In this document: piece after piece, positions 9,318 through 19,086 of the stretch
Numbering within the stretch: position 1 is the first letter of the stretch
How the letters are laid out: each line of letters starts with the position of its first letter
Virus genome (UHGV): UHGV-1364187
Strand: one strand, 5' to 3'
Length of the DNA: 64,000 nucleotides
Origin: a virus
Program-made: the position numbers and the translations under genes
Notes under the pieces: model-generated
What the model was told of the DNA's origin: nothing
Seen by the model: only the letters and a program-made list of their open reading frames with translations
The model's database searches: none

Positions 9318-10463
9318 ATGGTATTTAATAGTATTTTACAAGAAAATACTCATTTTGATCAAGAAGAAGTTTGTGAAGCTGTTACTGGATATGAAGGATC
9401 AGTAGGTGCTACACAATCTCTTATTGAAGCAGCAGAAATGAGCCAAACTATTTTTGAAGAACTTATCAATATTGATTTCGCCGAAGCAGCTCTTAATCAC
9501 AATATTGCTGGTGTTACTGAAAGTACAGTAGAAGCATTAATTGAAGCTGAGGGAGAAGGCGGTCAAAGTATTGGTCAACGTATTGTAGATGCAATCAAAA
9601 AATTATGGAGTATGTTTACAAACTTCGTAACTAATGTTGTAAATACAATTAAAACATATTTAGCTAGAGACCTTAAGAAATTAGTTGAAAATTCAACTCT
9701 TAAATCTCCAGAAGAATTAGCTAAAATTACTTTAAAGAAATATACAAAATATGACTTTAGTCAATTTACTAAACGTTCATCTTTAAGTGTCCCTAGTTAT
9801 GAAAATATGGACAAAGAAAAAATTACAAAAGCTCAAAAAGATCTTAAAGATAAGAACTTTACAGCAGGACTTATTAAATCATTTTCTGGTATCGATGCTT
9901 TCAGTATCAAAGACTTCGTAGATAGAGCTAGAAAAGCAGCTACTATTAGTCAAGAAAATGTAAAAGTAAGTGAAGTTATTAGCGATGCTAAAGAAGTTCT
10001 AACAACTAGTGGTAGAACTTTAGAAGCTATTAAATCACAAAAGAAAGCAGCAGATAAAACTTATAAAGAAGCTGTTTCTAAAGTAAAAACAAAAAGATCA
10101 GAAGTTAGAAAACATGGCGAATATGTTGCTAACGATCCATCTGGAAATACAACTAAAGTTAAAGTAGACAACAAAGATACATATGCAGCAGGTTGTGCTT
10201 GTACATTATCTTATATGAAAGTTGTACACAACATTGAGATGGCTGATATTAAACTTATGCAACAATTAGCACAAAAACAAATTGCACAAGCTAAAGCTAT
10301 CTTCATTAAAGCTACTGGTAAAAAAGCAAAAGAAGAAGCTACTAATGAATCAGCACTAGTATATGAAGAAGCATTATTAGAAGCATGTGAATATGAAACA
10401 GAAGTTGACATGGATGAAATTTCTCAAGAAGTTTCAGACAATGGAAATGAAGAAATTGCTTAA
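9318..10463 (+). CDS. Hypothetical protein of 381 aa, distantly related to the 10488 product.
   Basis: ORF with a partial cassette (AAAGGAGGAATTATAATG). Contains ALIEAEGEGG and SLIEAAE motifs. Confidence 0.8.
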   Translation: MVFNSILQENTHFDQEEVCEAVTGYEGSVGATQSLIEAAEMSQTIFEELINIDFAEAALNHNIAGVTESTVEALIEAEGEGGQSIGQRIVDAIKKLWSMFTNFVTNVVNTIKTYLARDLKKLVENSTLKSPEELAKITLKKYTKYDFSQFTKRSSLSVPSYENMDKEKITKAQKDLKDKNFTAGLIKSFSGIDAFSIKDFVDRARKAATISQENVKVSEVISDAKEVLTTSGRTLEAIKSQKKAADKTYKEAVSKVKTKRSEVRKHGEYVANDPSGNTTKVKVDNKDTYAAGCACTLSYMKVVHNIEMADIKLMQQLAQKQIAQAKAIFIKATGKKAKEEATNESALVYEEALLEACEYETEVDMDEISQEVSDNGNEEIA

Positions 10464-10487
10464 TTCAATTTAAAGGAGGAATTATCA

Positions 10488-11558
10488 ATGATTTATGATA
10501 AATTTACAAGCGTTATAGAAGGATCTACAGATTACGTAGCTGATATTACTATGGATTCAGTAGAAGAAAGTGCATACGAACCTACTATGGAAGGAACATT
10601 AATGCATCTTTTAGAAGCTGAAGAAAACTGGAATCAAATCCAAGAAGCCATCGCATTTTCAGAATTAAAAGGATTCATGGAATCTGGTGATCCTGAATAT
10701 GTATTAGAAGCAGAACAATCAGAAGGTATGTTCACTACAGTAATTAACTGGTTTAAGAGCATGTTAGCTAAGATTGCTGCTATCTTAAAGAAATTCGTAA
10801 ACTATATGGCTAGTAAAGTAGCTTCAGATAAACAATTCATTAAAAAATTTGAATCAATTAAAGGAGACTTAGTTATTCCTAGTGGATTTAAATTCAAAGG
10901 ATTCAACTTTAGTTTCAATTATGATTTAGCTACAGGTAACTCTAAAATGACAAGTATTATTGATTCAACTTTCAATAGAGCACCTGGAAACAATAGTGCT
11001 AGTGAAATTAAATCTGTAACAGATCAAATTAAATCTGGTAAAAAATCTTTCTCTGCCAAATTACGTGCAGCAGCTTTAGGAAAATCAGGTAATATGGAAG
11101 AAAAAGAATTTAGAACTGAATTAAAGAAAATGTTCAGATCAAACTCTGCAACACCTACACAAATTTCAGTTTCTAAATCAGATATTGATAAATACTTTAA
11201 TTGTGTATCAAGTCATAAAGATGCTGTTAAAATGGCAAAAGATAACTTAAAGAAATTTAAGGATATTACAAACAGTAGCATCGATATGGTAAAAACTACA
11301 AAAGAACATATTAAAGATACAAAAGATAAGAAAGATCGTTCAGCGTATATGACATATTGTAACATGAAAATTTCTGCTTACAAAGAGAAATATACAATCT
11401 TATCTCGTGTAAATGGTGCTCTTATTGATGCACTTAATCAACAAAATCGTCAAGCAAAATCTGTTCTTTATGCTATCAATGGTAGACAAAAGACAAAATT
11501 TGATGAATCTACTATCGTAAGTGGTGGTACATTCTTTGACAATATTGTAATGGATTAG
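10488..11558 (+). CDS. Hypothetical protein of 356 aa.
   Basis: ORF with SD AAAGGAGGAATTATCAATG. Contains HLLEAEENW and YVLEAEQSEG motifs. Confidence 0.8.
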   Translation: MIYDKFTSVIEGSTDYVADITMDSVEESAYEPTMEGTLMHLLEAEENWNQIQEAIAFSELKGFMESGDPEYVLEAEQSEGMFTTVINWFKSMLAKIAAILKKFVNYMASKVASDKQFIKKFESIKGDLVIPSGFKFKGFNFSFNYDLATGNSKMTSIIDSTFNRAPGNNSASEIKSVTDQIKSGKKSFSAKLRAAALGKSGNMEEKEFRTELKKMFRSNSATPTQISVSKSDIDKYFNCVSSHKDAVKMAKDNLKKFKDITNSSIDMVKTTKEHIKDTKDKKDRSAYMTYCNMKISAYKEKYTILSRVNGALIDALNQQNRQAKSVLYAINGRQKTKFDESTIVSGGTFFDNIVMD

Positions 11559-11560
11559 TA

Positions 11561-11600
11561 AAAATATAGATACACTCTTAATGGGTGTATCTATATTTTT
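11561..11600 (+). terminator. Hairpin AAAAATATAGATACAC...GTGTATCTATATTTTT.
   Basis: 16-bp stem flanked by A and T tracts. Confidence 0.6.
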
Positions 11601-11647
11601 CATTGGTTAACTTCTTAATAATATATTCTATAAAGGAGGAATTTAAT

Positions 11648-12673
11648 ATGTATAATCTTAATAATATAAATTTTAAGAATGTACAAAGTAATATTTCATT
11701 TACATCAAACGTAAATGAAAGTTATACATCATCAGCATTATCATTTATGCAATCTATAAATGAAGAGAACAACGAAAACTTAGCAACAATGGCAAAAAAT
11801 ATAGTAAACGGAATGAATATTACAGAAGCTGCTAATCTATTCTGCAAATCAACTGAGATTATTATTGATAAATCTACAGATATGATGGGTAAAATGATTA
11901 ATTCATTTACTAAAGAATTAGATCAGTATTTCTCAGAAAGAAAACAGTTTATCAGTAATATCGAAAGTGTAAAAGATAGAACAGATGAATTAGCGAAGTC
12001 TGCTCTTACTATAGAAGGATTCTTCTATACAGAAATGAAACAACCAAATATATTACTTGCATCTGAATTTAAAGAAGGATATTCAGATTTATTAAGTAAA
12101 TCTCCAGATAGTGTATTCAATGGGTTGTCTAGAAAATATATGGATTCTTATCTAGATAAGATTAGAGCTAAAACTATTTTATTAGATGGTCAAGTTTCAT
12201 ACAAACTGTTTAGAGATAAAGTATTTGGTTTCTATAGAAATAATACAACTAAAGAAACCATTGCAGTTTATAAAGAAGCTCAGATAGCAGATATTATTAG
12301 AAAGTATCTTGATCATAAAGTATATATAGAAAATCTTAACGAATTATATGAAGATATTCTATCTCAAGCATCAGAAGTAAAAAGATGTATAGAATTATTA
12401 ACAGAAGATCTATGTACTATGGAAACTATTAATAATGTAGTATATGGTAAATCAAATAAATTTGTTGATATGAATGGATTAGTTACAGAAGGATTTAATG
12501 AAGCTATATCAGCAATAACTAAAAAGAAAATGACATTAGTTCAAGATTTCATGGCTATATATTTATTATTAGTATCAGATAAGATTAGTGCTATGAAATC
12601 ATCTATTAACCAAAATACTGTTCTTTTAGATAGTTTTTACAACATGATTATGTTAGGAGAGGGTGAACAATAA
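11648..12673 (+). CDS. Hypothetical protein of ~341 aa, with the start moved to the SD-supported ATG.
   Basis: AAAGGAGGAATTTAATATG. The ATG at 11585 in the ORF track lies inside the terminator. Confidence 0.75.
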   Translation: MYNLNNINFKNVQSNISFTSNVNESYTSSALSFMQSINEENNENLATMAKNIVNGMNITEAANLFCKSTEIIIDKSTDMMGKMINSFTKELDQYFSERKQFISNIESVKDRTDELAKSALTIEGFFYTEMKQPNILLASEFKEGYSDLLSKSPDSVFNGLSRKYMDSYLDKIRAKTILLDGQVSYKLFRDKVFGFYRNNTTKETIAVYKEAQIADIIRKYLDHKVYIENLNELYEDILSQASEVKRCIELLTEDLCTMETINNVVYGKSNKFVDMNGLVTEGFNEAISAITKKKMTLVQDFMAIYLLLVSDKISAMKSSINQNTVLLDSFYNMIMLGEGEQ

Positions 12674-14439
12674 TGGTATTTTACACAGATTATGTATTAG
12701 AAGAAACTCAATATATTATTTATGAATTTAATAGAATGATGAATAATGCAATTACAAAAGCTAAACTTGATGAAGCTGATATTATTATGAGGGCTAAAGA
12801 AGTGTTATGTGAAAATGAAGTGATATTAGAGGGAGACTTTATAGATAAGATTAAAACTAATCTATTTGGTGCTCAGACAACTGGGAGGTATGATTTAGTA
12901 AAAGAGAAACTAATCAAAAATGTAAACAGATTGCAAACGCCACAACAAGTAGATCTTATTATGGCATCTATTCCAGGAGGTGTACAATATGTAAAAAATC
13001 AGATGGAAACGCATCCAGAATATGAAAAACAAATGAAAGAATATATCAAATGGTTACAAGGAGATTTTAAAATCTATCTTAAAGGAAAGAAAAAAGAATT
13101 ACAACATTCTATAGCAGAAACTGGGTTAGAGTGGGATGAATATCTAGAAATGATTGTACAAGAAAGTGAACTTGGTGACAGAATTATGTCACATATCCCT
13201 GGTGGAACATTACAAACTGGTAGATTTGATTTATTAAGACCTAAATTATTAAAATTAGCTAAGAAAGCTAAAGATATGAAACGTATCCAATATCTAAGAA
13301 AAGATGCATCTATTGCAAAAAGAACACTTCAGACATTAAAGAAAAATAAACCAGAATTTAAAGATCAAATAGATTCACATCTTAAATGGTTAGATACAGA
13401 ATATAAACAAGCATTGAACGATAGAGCAAAAGAAATTAGAAACTCTGTAAATGAAGCATCATTCGAAGAAATCTCACTAATTCAAGAAGCTGCTAAAGAT
13501 ACTATTGTTAAAGCAATAGATTGGTTAATCAATAAGATTAAAGAACTATGGGCTAAATTTTTTGGAAGAAAAGCAGATAGAGATTCTAAAGCTAAATGGT
13601 TGAAGGATAATAGAAATGCTATTCTAAACAACGGATTCAAAGGATCTAAAGAAATGCCAGAATTCTGGAAATATGACTCATTGAATGATAAAGTTGTCAA
13701 TTCATTTCCAAAATTTGATTATGCTTCTATGAAACCTAATTTATCATCTGATGATTCATTCATTAATGCTTACTTTAAAGATTTATATCAGGATGGTAAA
13801 TCATATGTAGATGTATTAAAAACAAAACTATATGGAGAAAAGAATGCAGTATTAAAAGATGGTCAAGTTCCAATAAAGAATATGTTTGATTTCTGTACTA
13901 ATGCTTATGTACAAAAAACTAGAGCATTAGAAAATATTCATAATGCATGTGTATCAGCTGCAGAACAATTTAAAAATGATATTAATAATGGTAAAGTAAA
14001 AATCGAAGAATCATCTGTAGTGTTTGAAAGATATTTCTATAGTTATCTTATGGAATCTGTTATATATGAAGCTGATCTTGCTAAAGATACTCAAACAGAT
14101 CAACAACAAACACAGACAACAGACACAAAAAATACAAATAATAATACTACAACAAACAATACACCTACACCAGATGATCAAAAGAAAGCTGAAGCTAATA
14201 AATCTAAAGTTGAAAATGATAGAGCGGTAGAAGCTCAAAAACTTATATCAAGATATTTATCAATCACTAATAATATTAAAGGTACATTGATGAAATATTT
14301 GGAAGATAAATTTGATACTTATTTCGCCGTATTAATGCAACATGCAAAAACTAATGGTGTAAAAACAAAACCAGAAGCCGCTAAGAAAGAAGACAATACA
14401 GAACAAAATAATACAAATAAAGAACAACAAACAAAATAA
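12673..14439 (+). CDS. Hypothetical protein of 588 aa with internal repeats (SIPGGVQYV and SHIPGGTLQTG) and a Thr/Asn/Gln-rich low-complexity tail.
   Basis: ORF whose start overlaps the upstream stop (TAATGG). SD GGAGAGGGTG. Confidence 0.8.
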   Translation: MVFYTDYVLEETQYIIYEFNRMMNNAITKAKLDEADIIMRAKEVLCENEVILEGDFIDKIKTNLFGAQTTGRYDLVKEKLIKNVNRLQTPQQVDLIMASIPGGVQYVKNQMETHPEYEKQMKEYIKWLQGDFKIYLKGKKKELQHSIAETGLEWDEYLEMIVQESELGDRIMSHIPGGTLQTGRFDLLRPKLLKLAKKAKDMKRIQYLRKDASIAKRTLQTLKKNKPEFKDQIDSHLKWLDTEYKQALNDRAKEIRNSVNEASFEEISLIQEAAKDTIVKAIDWLINKIKELWAKFFGRKADRDSKAKWLKDNRNAILNNGFKGSKEMPEFWKYDSLNDKVVNSFPKFDYASMKPNLSSDDSFINAYFKDLYQDGKSYVDVLKTKLYGEKNAVLKDGQVPIKNMFDFCTNAYVQKTRALENIHNACVSAAEQFKNDINNGKVKIEESSVVFERYFYSYLMESVIYEADLAKDTQTDQQQTQTTDTKNTNNNTTTNNTPTPDDQKKAEANKSKVENDRAVEAQKLISRYLSITNNIKGTLMKYLEDKFDTYFAVLMQHAKTNGVKTKPEAAKKEDNTEQNNTNKEQQTK

Positions 14440-14443
14440 AATA

Positions 14444-14478
14444 AACTAGAAGAGTTTAATTACTCTTCTAGTTTTTTA
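14444..14478. terminator. Bidirectional terminator between convergent genes (AACTAGAAGAG...CTCTTCTAGTT).
   Basis: 11-bp stem with an A-tract upstream and a T-tract downstream. Confidence 0.65.
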
Positions 14479-15656
14479 CTGCTTCTAAATGTAAGCATAC
14501 ATTCTGATACAAAATATTCTCCTTGATGTTGATATACTTCTAATTTTTTAGATAATATAAAATCACCATTTAAAGACTTATATTTTTCAGCATTGTCTAC
14601 AATATAACGCTTATTTGGTGTTATTATAGAACTATCAATATTTGATTTAGAGATAGTTAGAGCATGACTCTCACCTTCTATACTGTGTCTAATATTATCT
14701 AATATTCCGAAATTTTCATATGGAACTCTTACATTAATCTTTCTATCAGTTGAGTTTTTTGATTTATTAATTGCAATATTTACATCTTTAGTTTTTCCAC
14801 TTGATGATATTCCGTGTAATAAGTTAAAGTTTTTCTCTGCACTGTTATTGGTATACATCCTTGTATAGTTTGCATCTACTGGAACTATATAAGCTTTCTT
14901 TTCTTCGTCTAAAACCATTCCTTCTACATATGCACCTTTTTTATCTGGTTCGATTATATTTATATAAACTGTATTATTAGGTTCATCTGCAGTTTCTACT
15001 CCTTCTCCAGAAGAACTTAGCAGATATGTTCTATCAAAGTCCATAAAATATCTATAATTACTATCATAGAATGTATTTCTATCATTAAGATAATCTAGCA
15101 TATCTCTTATAGTATCTAAAGGTGGTACTAATAATTCATCATAATGAACATCATTCATTGTATCTTCAAATACTAAATCACCAACATCTTGTGTAGCAAT
15201 CAAAGCCATACATCTATTAGTTACATTTCTGTATACATTATTGAATGTAACTTTATTTTTATTAGATGATCTCAAACTTATCATTCCAATTTTTACTTTT
15301 CTTAGAACATCATCTCTATCCTCAGCTTCTTCATTAGCATATTCTATTTCATGTGTATAACTAATATCGTCTAGAGAATAATAAGAAAATTCATCGTTAA
15401 TATAATCTTCAACAAATGTGTTATCTTTAACAGCAAACTTTCTTACTATAAGTATCATAGTATTATCTACTTTTTGTGTAATAATCTTATCCATTAACTG
15501 TTTACCTATTCCTAGTTGCATAATTACTATTGGCATACTATTATCATCATACGATCTGTCTATAATCATACCTAATATTTGTTCTATCGGAATAGGAGTT
15601 AATTCGGTTCCATCATTCATTTTAAGTTCTACTTGATATTTATATTCTACTACCAT
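14460..15656 (-). CDS. Hypothetical protein of 398 aa.
   Basis: Long ORF with SD AAGGAGGATT upstream. Confidence 0.75.
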   Translation of the reverse strand: MVVEYKYQVELKMNDGTELTPIPIEQILGMIIDRSYDDNSMPIVIMQLGIGKQLMDKIITQKVDNTMILIVRKFAVKDNTFVEDYINDEFSYYSLDDISYTHEIEYANEEAEDRDDVLRKVKIGMISLRSSNKNKVTFNNVYRNVTNRCMALIATQDVGDLVFEDTMNDVHYDELLVPPLDTIRDMLDYLNDRNTFYDSNYRYFMDFDRTYLLSSSGEGVETADEPNNTVYINIIEPDKKGAYVEGMVLDEEKKAYIVPVDANYTRMYTNNSAEKNFNLLHGISSSGKTKDVNIAINKSKNSTDRKINVRVPYENFGILDNIRHSIEGESHALTISKSNIDSSIITPNKRYIVDNAEKYKSLNGDFILSKKLEVYQHQGEYFVSECMLTFRSSKKLEE

Positions 15657-15684
15657 ATATAATCCTCCTTATATAAAAAAAATA

Positions 15685-15720
15685 AAAGTACTTACGTAAA
15701 TGTTCACGTAAGTACTTTTT
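15685..15720 (-). terminator. Hairpin AAAAGTACTTACG...CGTAAGTACTTTT.
   Basis: 13-bp stem. Confidence 0.6.
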
Positions 15721-15721
15721 T

Positions 15722-16774
15722 CTACAATCTGTTAAGATCTAGTGGATATTTTCTAAAGTATTTATTGTTTATCTCTTGAACAGCCTGTTTATCATATAAA
15801 TTTACTATTTCATTACTATAATTAGATTCTGTCGTATTCATATATACTAATTGTTGATATGGTACATCTATAGCTTTGAAATAACTAGATGCTACAAATG
15901 GTGTAATTTTTAATCTGTTATTAGCCATCTTAGTATATATAAACATAGGATCAGAATTATAACCATTAACGATTTGTTTATCTATAATCAAATTATACAA
16001 TGCAGTTAATGTTCTAGATAAACTAGATATAGATTTCATGTTTCTTTCTCTAAATGAACTCCCACCAATAATGATAGATAATAATTCTGGTGAAATGTCA
16101 TTAAATATAGTACCACATTTTCTATGAGATAGATATGTCATCATAAGATTATCTCTAGTTACAATATATGACATATCCATATTATCTTTCTTTTTAGGTC
16201 TTAATATTGTAGTATTAGGTTTAAGTGCACTAAGTTGCCATGTATATGGATCTTTTGATATAATCATATGTGCATATTTATTATGCATATCATACTTACA
16301 CATCAAATCATATATAACAACAGAAGTTTCAGCCGTTCTTCTCATATAATAAATACCAGGAAGATATTTACATATTAATTCTAACAGTTCATGGTTATTG
16401 TCAACCATATCTGTTACTTTCTCATTAGCAACGAACATGTTAAAAGTTTGATCATTATATCCAGGCACTACTTGTGTATTAAAGAATCCATGATTTTGAG
16501 AGAATACTATAAAGAATGCCGTATTTACACCTATTCTTCTGAAAAAATCTCTATAATGTGCACACATATTTACAATACAACTTGTTAGAGCTATATAATC
16601 TTCTATCATTACATTATCATTATATAATGATTTTACTATAGAATATACATCAATATATATTGCCATAGTTTCTATAGAATCTCCAGTATGCCCATAAGCA
16701 TACTGGATTAATTCTGTAAGTTTATCATATTTCACATAATTAGTATTGACTACTCGTGTTAATTCACATTTCAT
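15722..16774 (-). CDS. Hypothetical protein of 350 aa.
   Basis: Long ORF. Confidence 0.75.
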   Translation of the reverse strand: MKCELTRVVNTNYVKYDKLTELIQYAYGHTGDSIETMAIYIDVYSIVKSLYNDNVMIEDYIALTSCIVNMCAHYRDFFRRIGVNTAFFIVFSQNHGFFNTQVVPGYNDQTFNMFVANEKVTDMVDNNHELLELICKYLPGIYYMRRTAETSVVIYDLMCKYDMHNKYAHMIISKDPYTWQLSALKPNTTILRPKKKDNMDMSYIVTRDNLMMTYLSHRKCGTIFNDISPELLSIIIGGSSFRERNMKSISSLSRTLTALYNLIIDKQIVNGYNSDPMFIYTKMANNRLKITPFVASSYFKAIDVPYQQLVYMNTTESNYSNEIVNLYDKQAVQEINNKYFRKYPLDLNRL

Positions 16775-16788
16775 ATATAATACACCTC

Positions 16789-17193
16789 TTATTCATCATA
16801 TTCAAATAAGTCTTGATCTTCGATATAAATATCTTCTGGTATTGAACTGTCATAATGTTCATCATCTTTATCTAATACATTATTCAAAGATTGTCTAAAA
16901 TTTTCTCTTTCGCTAAGAGACTTTAACAATTTCTCTGTGTTACCATATCCCATATCGACTAATGTATGAGTCAAATTATGAGGTCCGTCATCTGTAATGA
17001 ATGTCACTCCTTTAGAAGGAGTTTCTTCTCCTGATGCATTGTTATAATACTTTCTTAATTCTAATTTAGCACTACTAGGATCGTTATCTCCCCAATACAT
17101 TTTTCTCAATGCAATAAAACTATTTCCTTTTTCATCAATAATGTGATCTACATCATCTACAATATGATATTTATAATTCATAATATCATTCAT
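16789..17193 (-). CDS. Hypothetical acidic protein of 134 aa.
   Basis: ORF with SD AAGGATGAATG. Confidence 0.65.
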   Translation of the reverse strand: MNDIMNYKYHIVDDVDHIIDEKGNSFIALRKMYWGDNDPSSAKLELRKYYNNASGEETPSKGVTFITDDGPHNLTHTLVDMGYGNTEKLLKSLSERENFRQSLNNVLDKDDEHYDSSIPEDIYIEDQDLFEYDE

Positions 17194-17211
17194 CCTTTCT
17201 TAAAAAAATAA

Positions 17212-17244
17212 AAAGAGTATAGAACTTAATCTATACTCTTTTGT
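17212..17244 (-). terminator. Hairpin AAAGAGTATAG...CTATACTCTTT.
   Basis: 11-bp stem plus a T-tract. Confidence 0.6.
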
Positions 17245-17249
17245 TAATA

Positions 17250-17987
17250 CTAACGTACAATTGGAATAGAACCAGATGGTGTGAAGAAACCTAATTCTTT
17301 TCCAAGCTCTTCAACTTCTTTACAATCTAATCTTGTAATTTGCACAAGATAGTTATTAGCCATATTGTTGATAATTCCTGCTGGTCTAATAATTTGTAAA
17401 TTCCATTGATAATGTCTCTTATCAGGATTTTTGTAGAATTTTGGAATTAATCTTCCAAGATCAATATCTGTTACTTCTAACAATGCAACACCTTGACCAT
17501 ATTGTTGTCTATCATATTGTTCTCTTGTGATAGCATTCCAGTTTACTTTAGATGGATCTTTTTGATTTGGATTTCTTCTATAGATGAAATCAAATAAGAT
17601 ATCTTTTCCTAAGTCTGTTAAGAATAATTTCTTATTCTGACTCATAGCTGACATTCTATTGTATTTTTCCATAATACTATTAGAAGATCTCATTTGGTCA
17701 GCTGATTGGATTACATTAAGTTTGCCAGGTTGTGATAAATGGAAGAATAATGAACAGAATAATAACCCTGTTTGTTTATTCACATCAATAACACATCCTT
17801 CATAATCTGGTAAAGCTCTAAATAGATTGTTTACTAGACGACATAGTGATAAAGTAGTTGTTACTTTAACTGAACTTTGTCCTTCAAATTCTACAGGTTC
17901 TTTAAACCTTAATTCGATTTTTTCTTTTGTTGGTTCTTGAGTACCTGCTGATTGATTTTGATTATTAATTCTTTCTTGTGCATTCAT
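17250..17987 (-). CDS. Hypothetical protein of 245 aa.
   Basis: ORF with SD AGGAGGAATTAAAAATG. A class-B motif lies 84 nt upstream. Confidence 0.75.
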   Translation of the reverse strand: MNAQERINNQNQSAGTQEPTKEKIELRFKEPVEFEGQSSVKVTTTLSLCRLVNNLFRALPDYEGCVIDVNKQTGLLFCSLFFHLSQPGKLNVIQSADQMRSSNSIMEKYNRMSAMSQNKKLFLTDLGKDILFDFIYRRNPNQKDPSKVNWNAITREQYDRQQYGQGVALLEVTDIDLGRLIPKFYKNPDKRHYQWNLQIIRPAGIINNMANNYLVQITRLDCKEVEELGKELGFFTPSGSIPIVR

Positions 17988-18070
17988 TTTTAATTCCTCC
18001 TTGAATTTTTCATATTATTTGATAGTTATGTAATTAGTAATTTATTACTCTAACTATTCCTTTTACACAT

Positions 18071-18090
18071 AAATAATATATAATTGAAAT
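18071..18090 (-). promoter_or_regulatory. Class-B promoter-like motif. Minus-strand sense reads ATTTCAATTATATATTATTTATGTGTAAAA.
   Basis: Conserved motif, see findings. Confidence 0.45.
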
Positions 18091-18098
18091 TTCTTTTA

Positions 18099-19028
18099 CT
18101 AACACTTTTTTCTAACCATATCTAGTTTGCTTCTAAAATCTCTTTTCATGTCAGTATTAATATACTCACCTTTATCGTAAGCCACTATATAAATGTTCTC
18201 TGTGATGTCTCTAATAAGAACATAAGAACGTTTAATATCGTTAATGTTTATAGTGTAATCATATGGTACTACATATGTTCTAAACATTTCAACATTAAGT
18301 TCTTTTTCTATAAGTTTACGTTGATCTGGATGGATTTCTAATGAATCTTCATCATAATCTATTCTATCATTTAATAAATGAATATCGAATCCCATACATA
18401 TATCATCCATAAATCCAGTGTTCTTAATAAGTTCGTCCATATTTTTACAAGCACCTTTAGTTACAGTGTTTTCTAATTTTGTATAGATATTATTAAGAAC
18501 TTGGTCATATTTATTTTTCTTAGGTATCAATCTAATAATATCTTCATATTTATCATCAAGATATATAGATACTTTATGAGATAATCTAACACCATTACAT
18601 GCTAATACCATATTAAATGGAATATCTTCTGGACATGTATCTTGATTAATACTAACTCCAATATAGAAATATGGAGATTGATTTCTCTCTAATAATAACG
18701 CTTTAGACATATAAACATCTTCCATATTTTGTCTACATACAGCATATGGAATTTTACCCTCATCTTCTCTTCTAAAGAAAGATATAGCAACATCTTCGTT
18801 TCCTTGTCCTTGTAGTTGCATTATGCTAAAAAATAAAGTCCCGTATGGTTTAAGCTTAGTATATTCTTTTAATGAACCATACGAGATATTGAATAATTTA
18901 TCAGGTCTATTATCAAGATAGACCTGATATTTATCTTCATTTACTATTTTATTCACACGAATAATAATAAGTCCGTCTTCAGTACTTCTGTAGAATTTAT
19001 CTCCTATACTTATTAGTGTCTTTTCCAT
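18099..19028 (-). CDS. Hypothetical protein of 309 aa.
   Basis: Long ORF. Confidence 0.75.
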   Translation of the reverse strand: MEKTLISIGDKFYRSTEDGLIIIRVNKIVNEDKYQVYLDNRPDKLFNISYGSLKEYTKLKPYGTLFFSIMQLQGQGNEDVAISFFRREDEGKIPYAVCRQNMEDVYMSKALLLERNQSPYFYIGVSINQDTCPEDIPFNMVLACNGVRLSHKVSIYLDDKYEDIIRLIPKKNKYDQVLNNIYTKLENTVTKGACKNMDELIKNTGFMDDICMGFDIHLLNDRIDYDEDSLEIHPDQRKLIEKELNVEMFRTYVVPYDYTININDIKRSYVLIRDITENIYIVAYDKGEYINTDMKRDFRSKLDMVRKKC

Positions 19029-19086
19029 ATAGCATCTCTCCTATTTTATATATTTATTATAATGTATATAAGATGCTTAATTTTAA

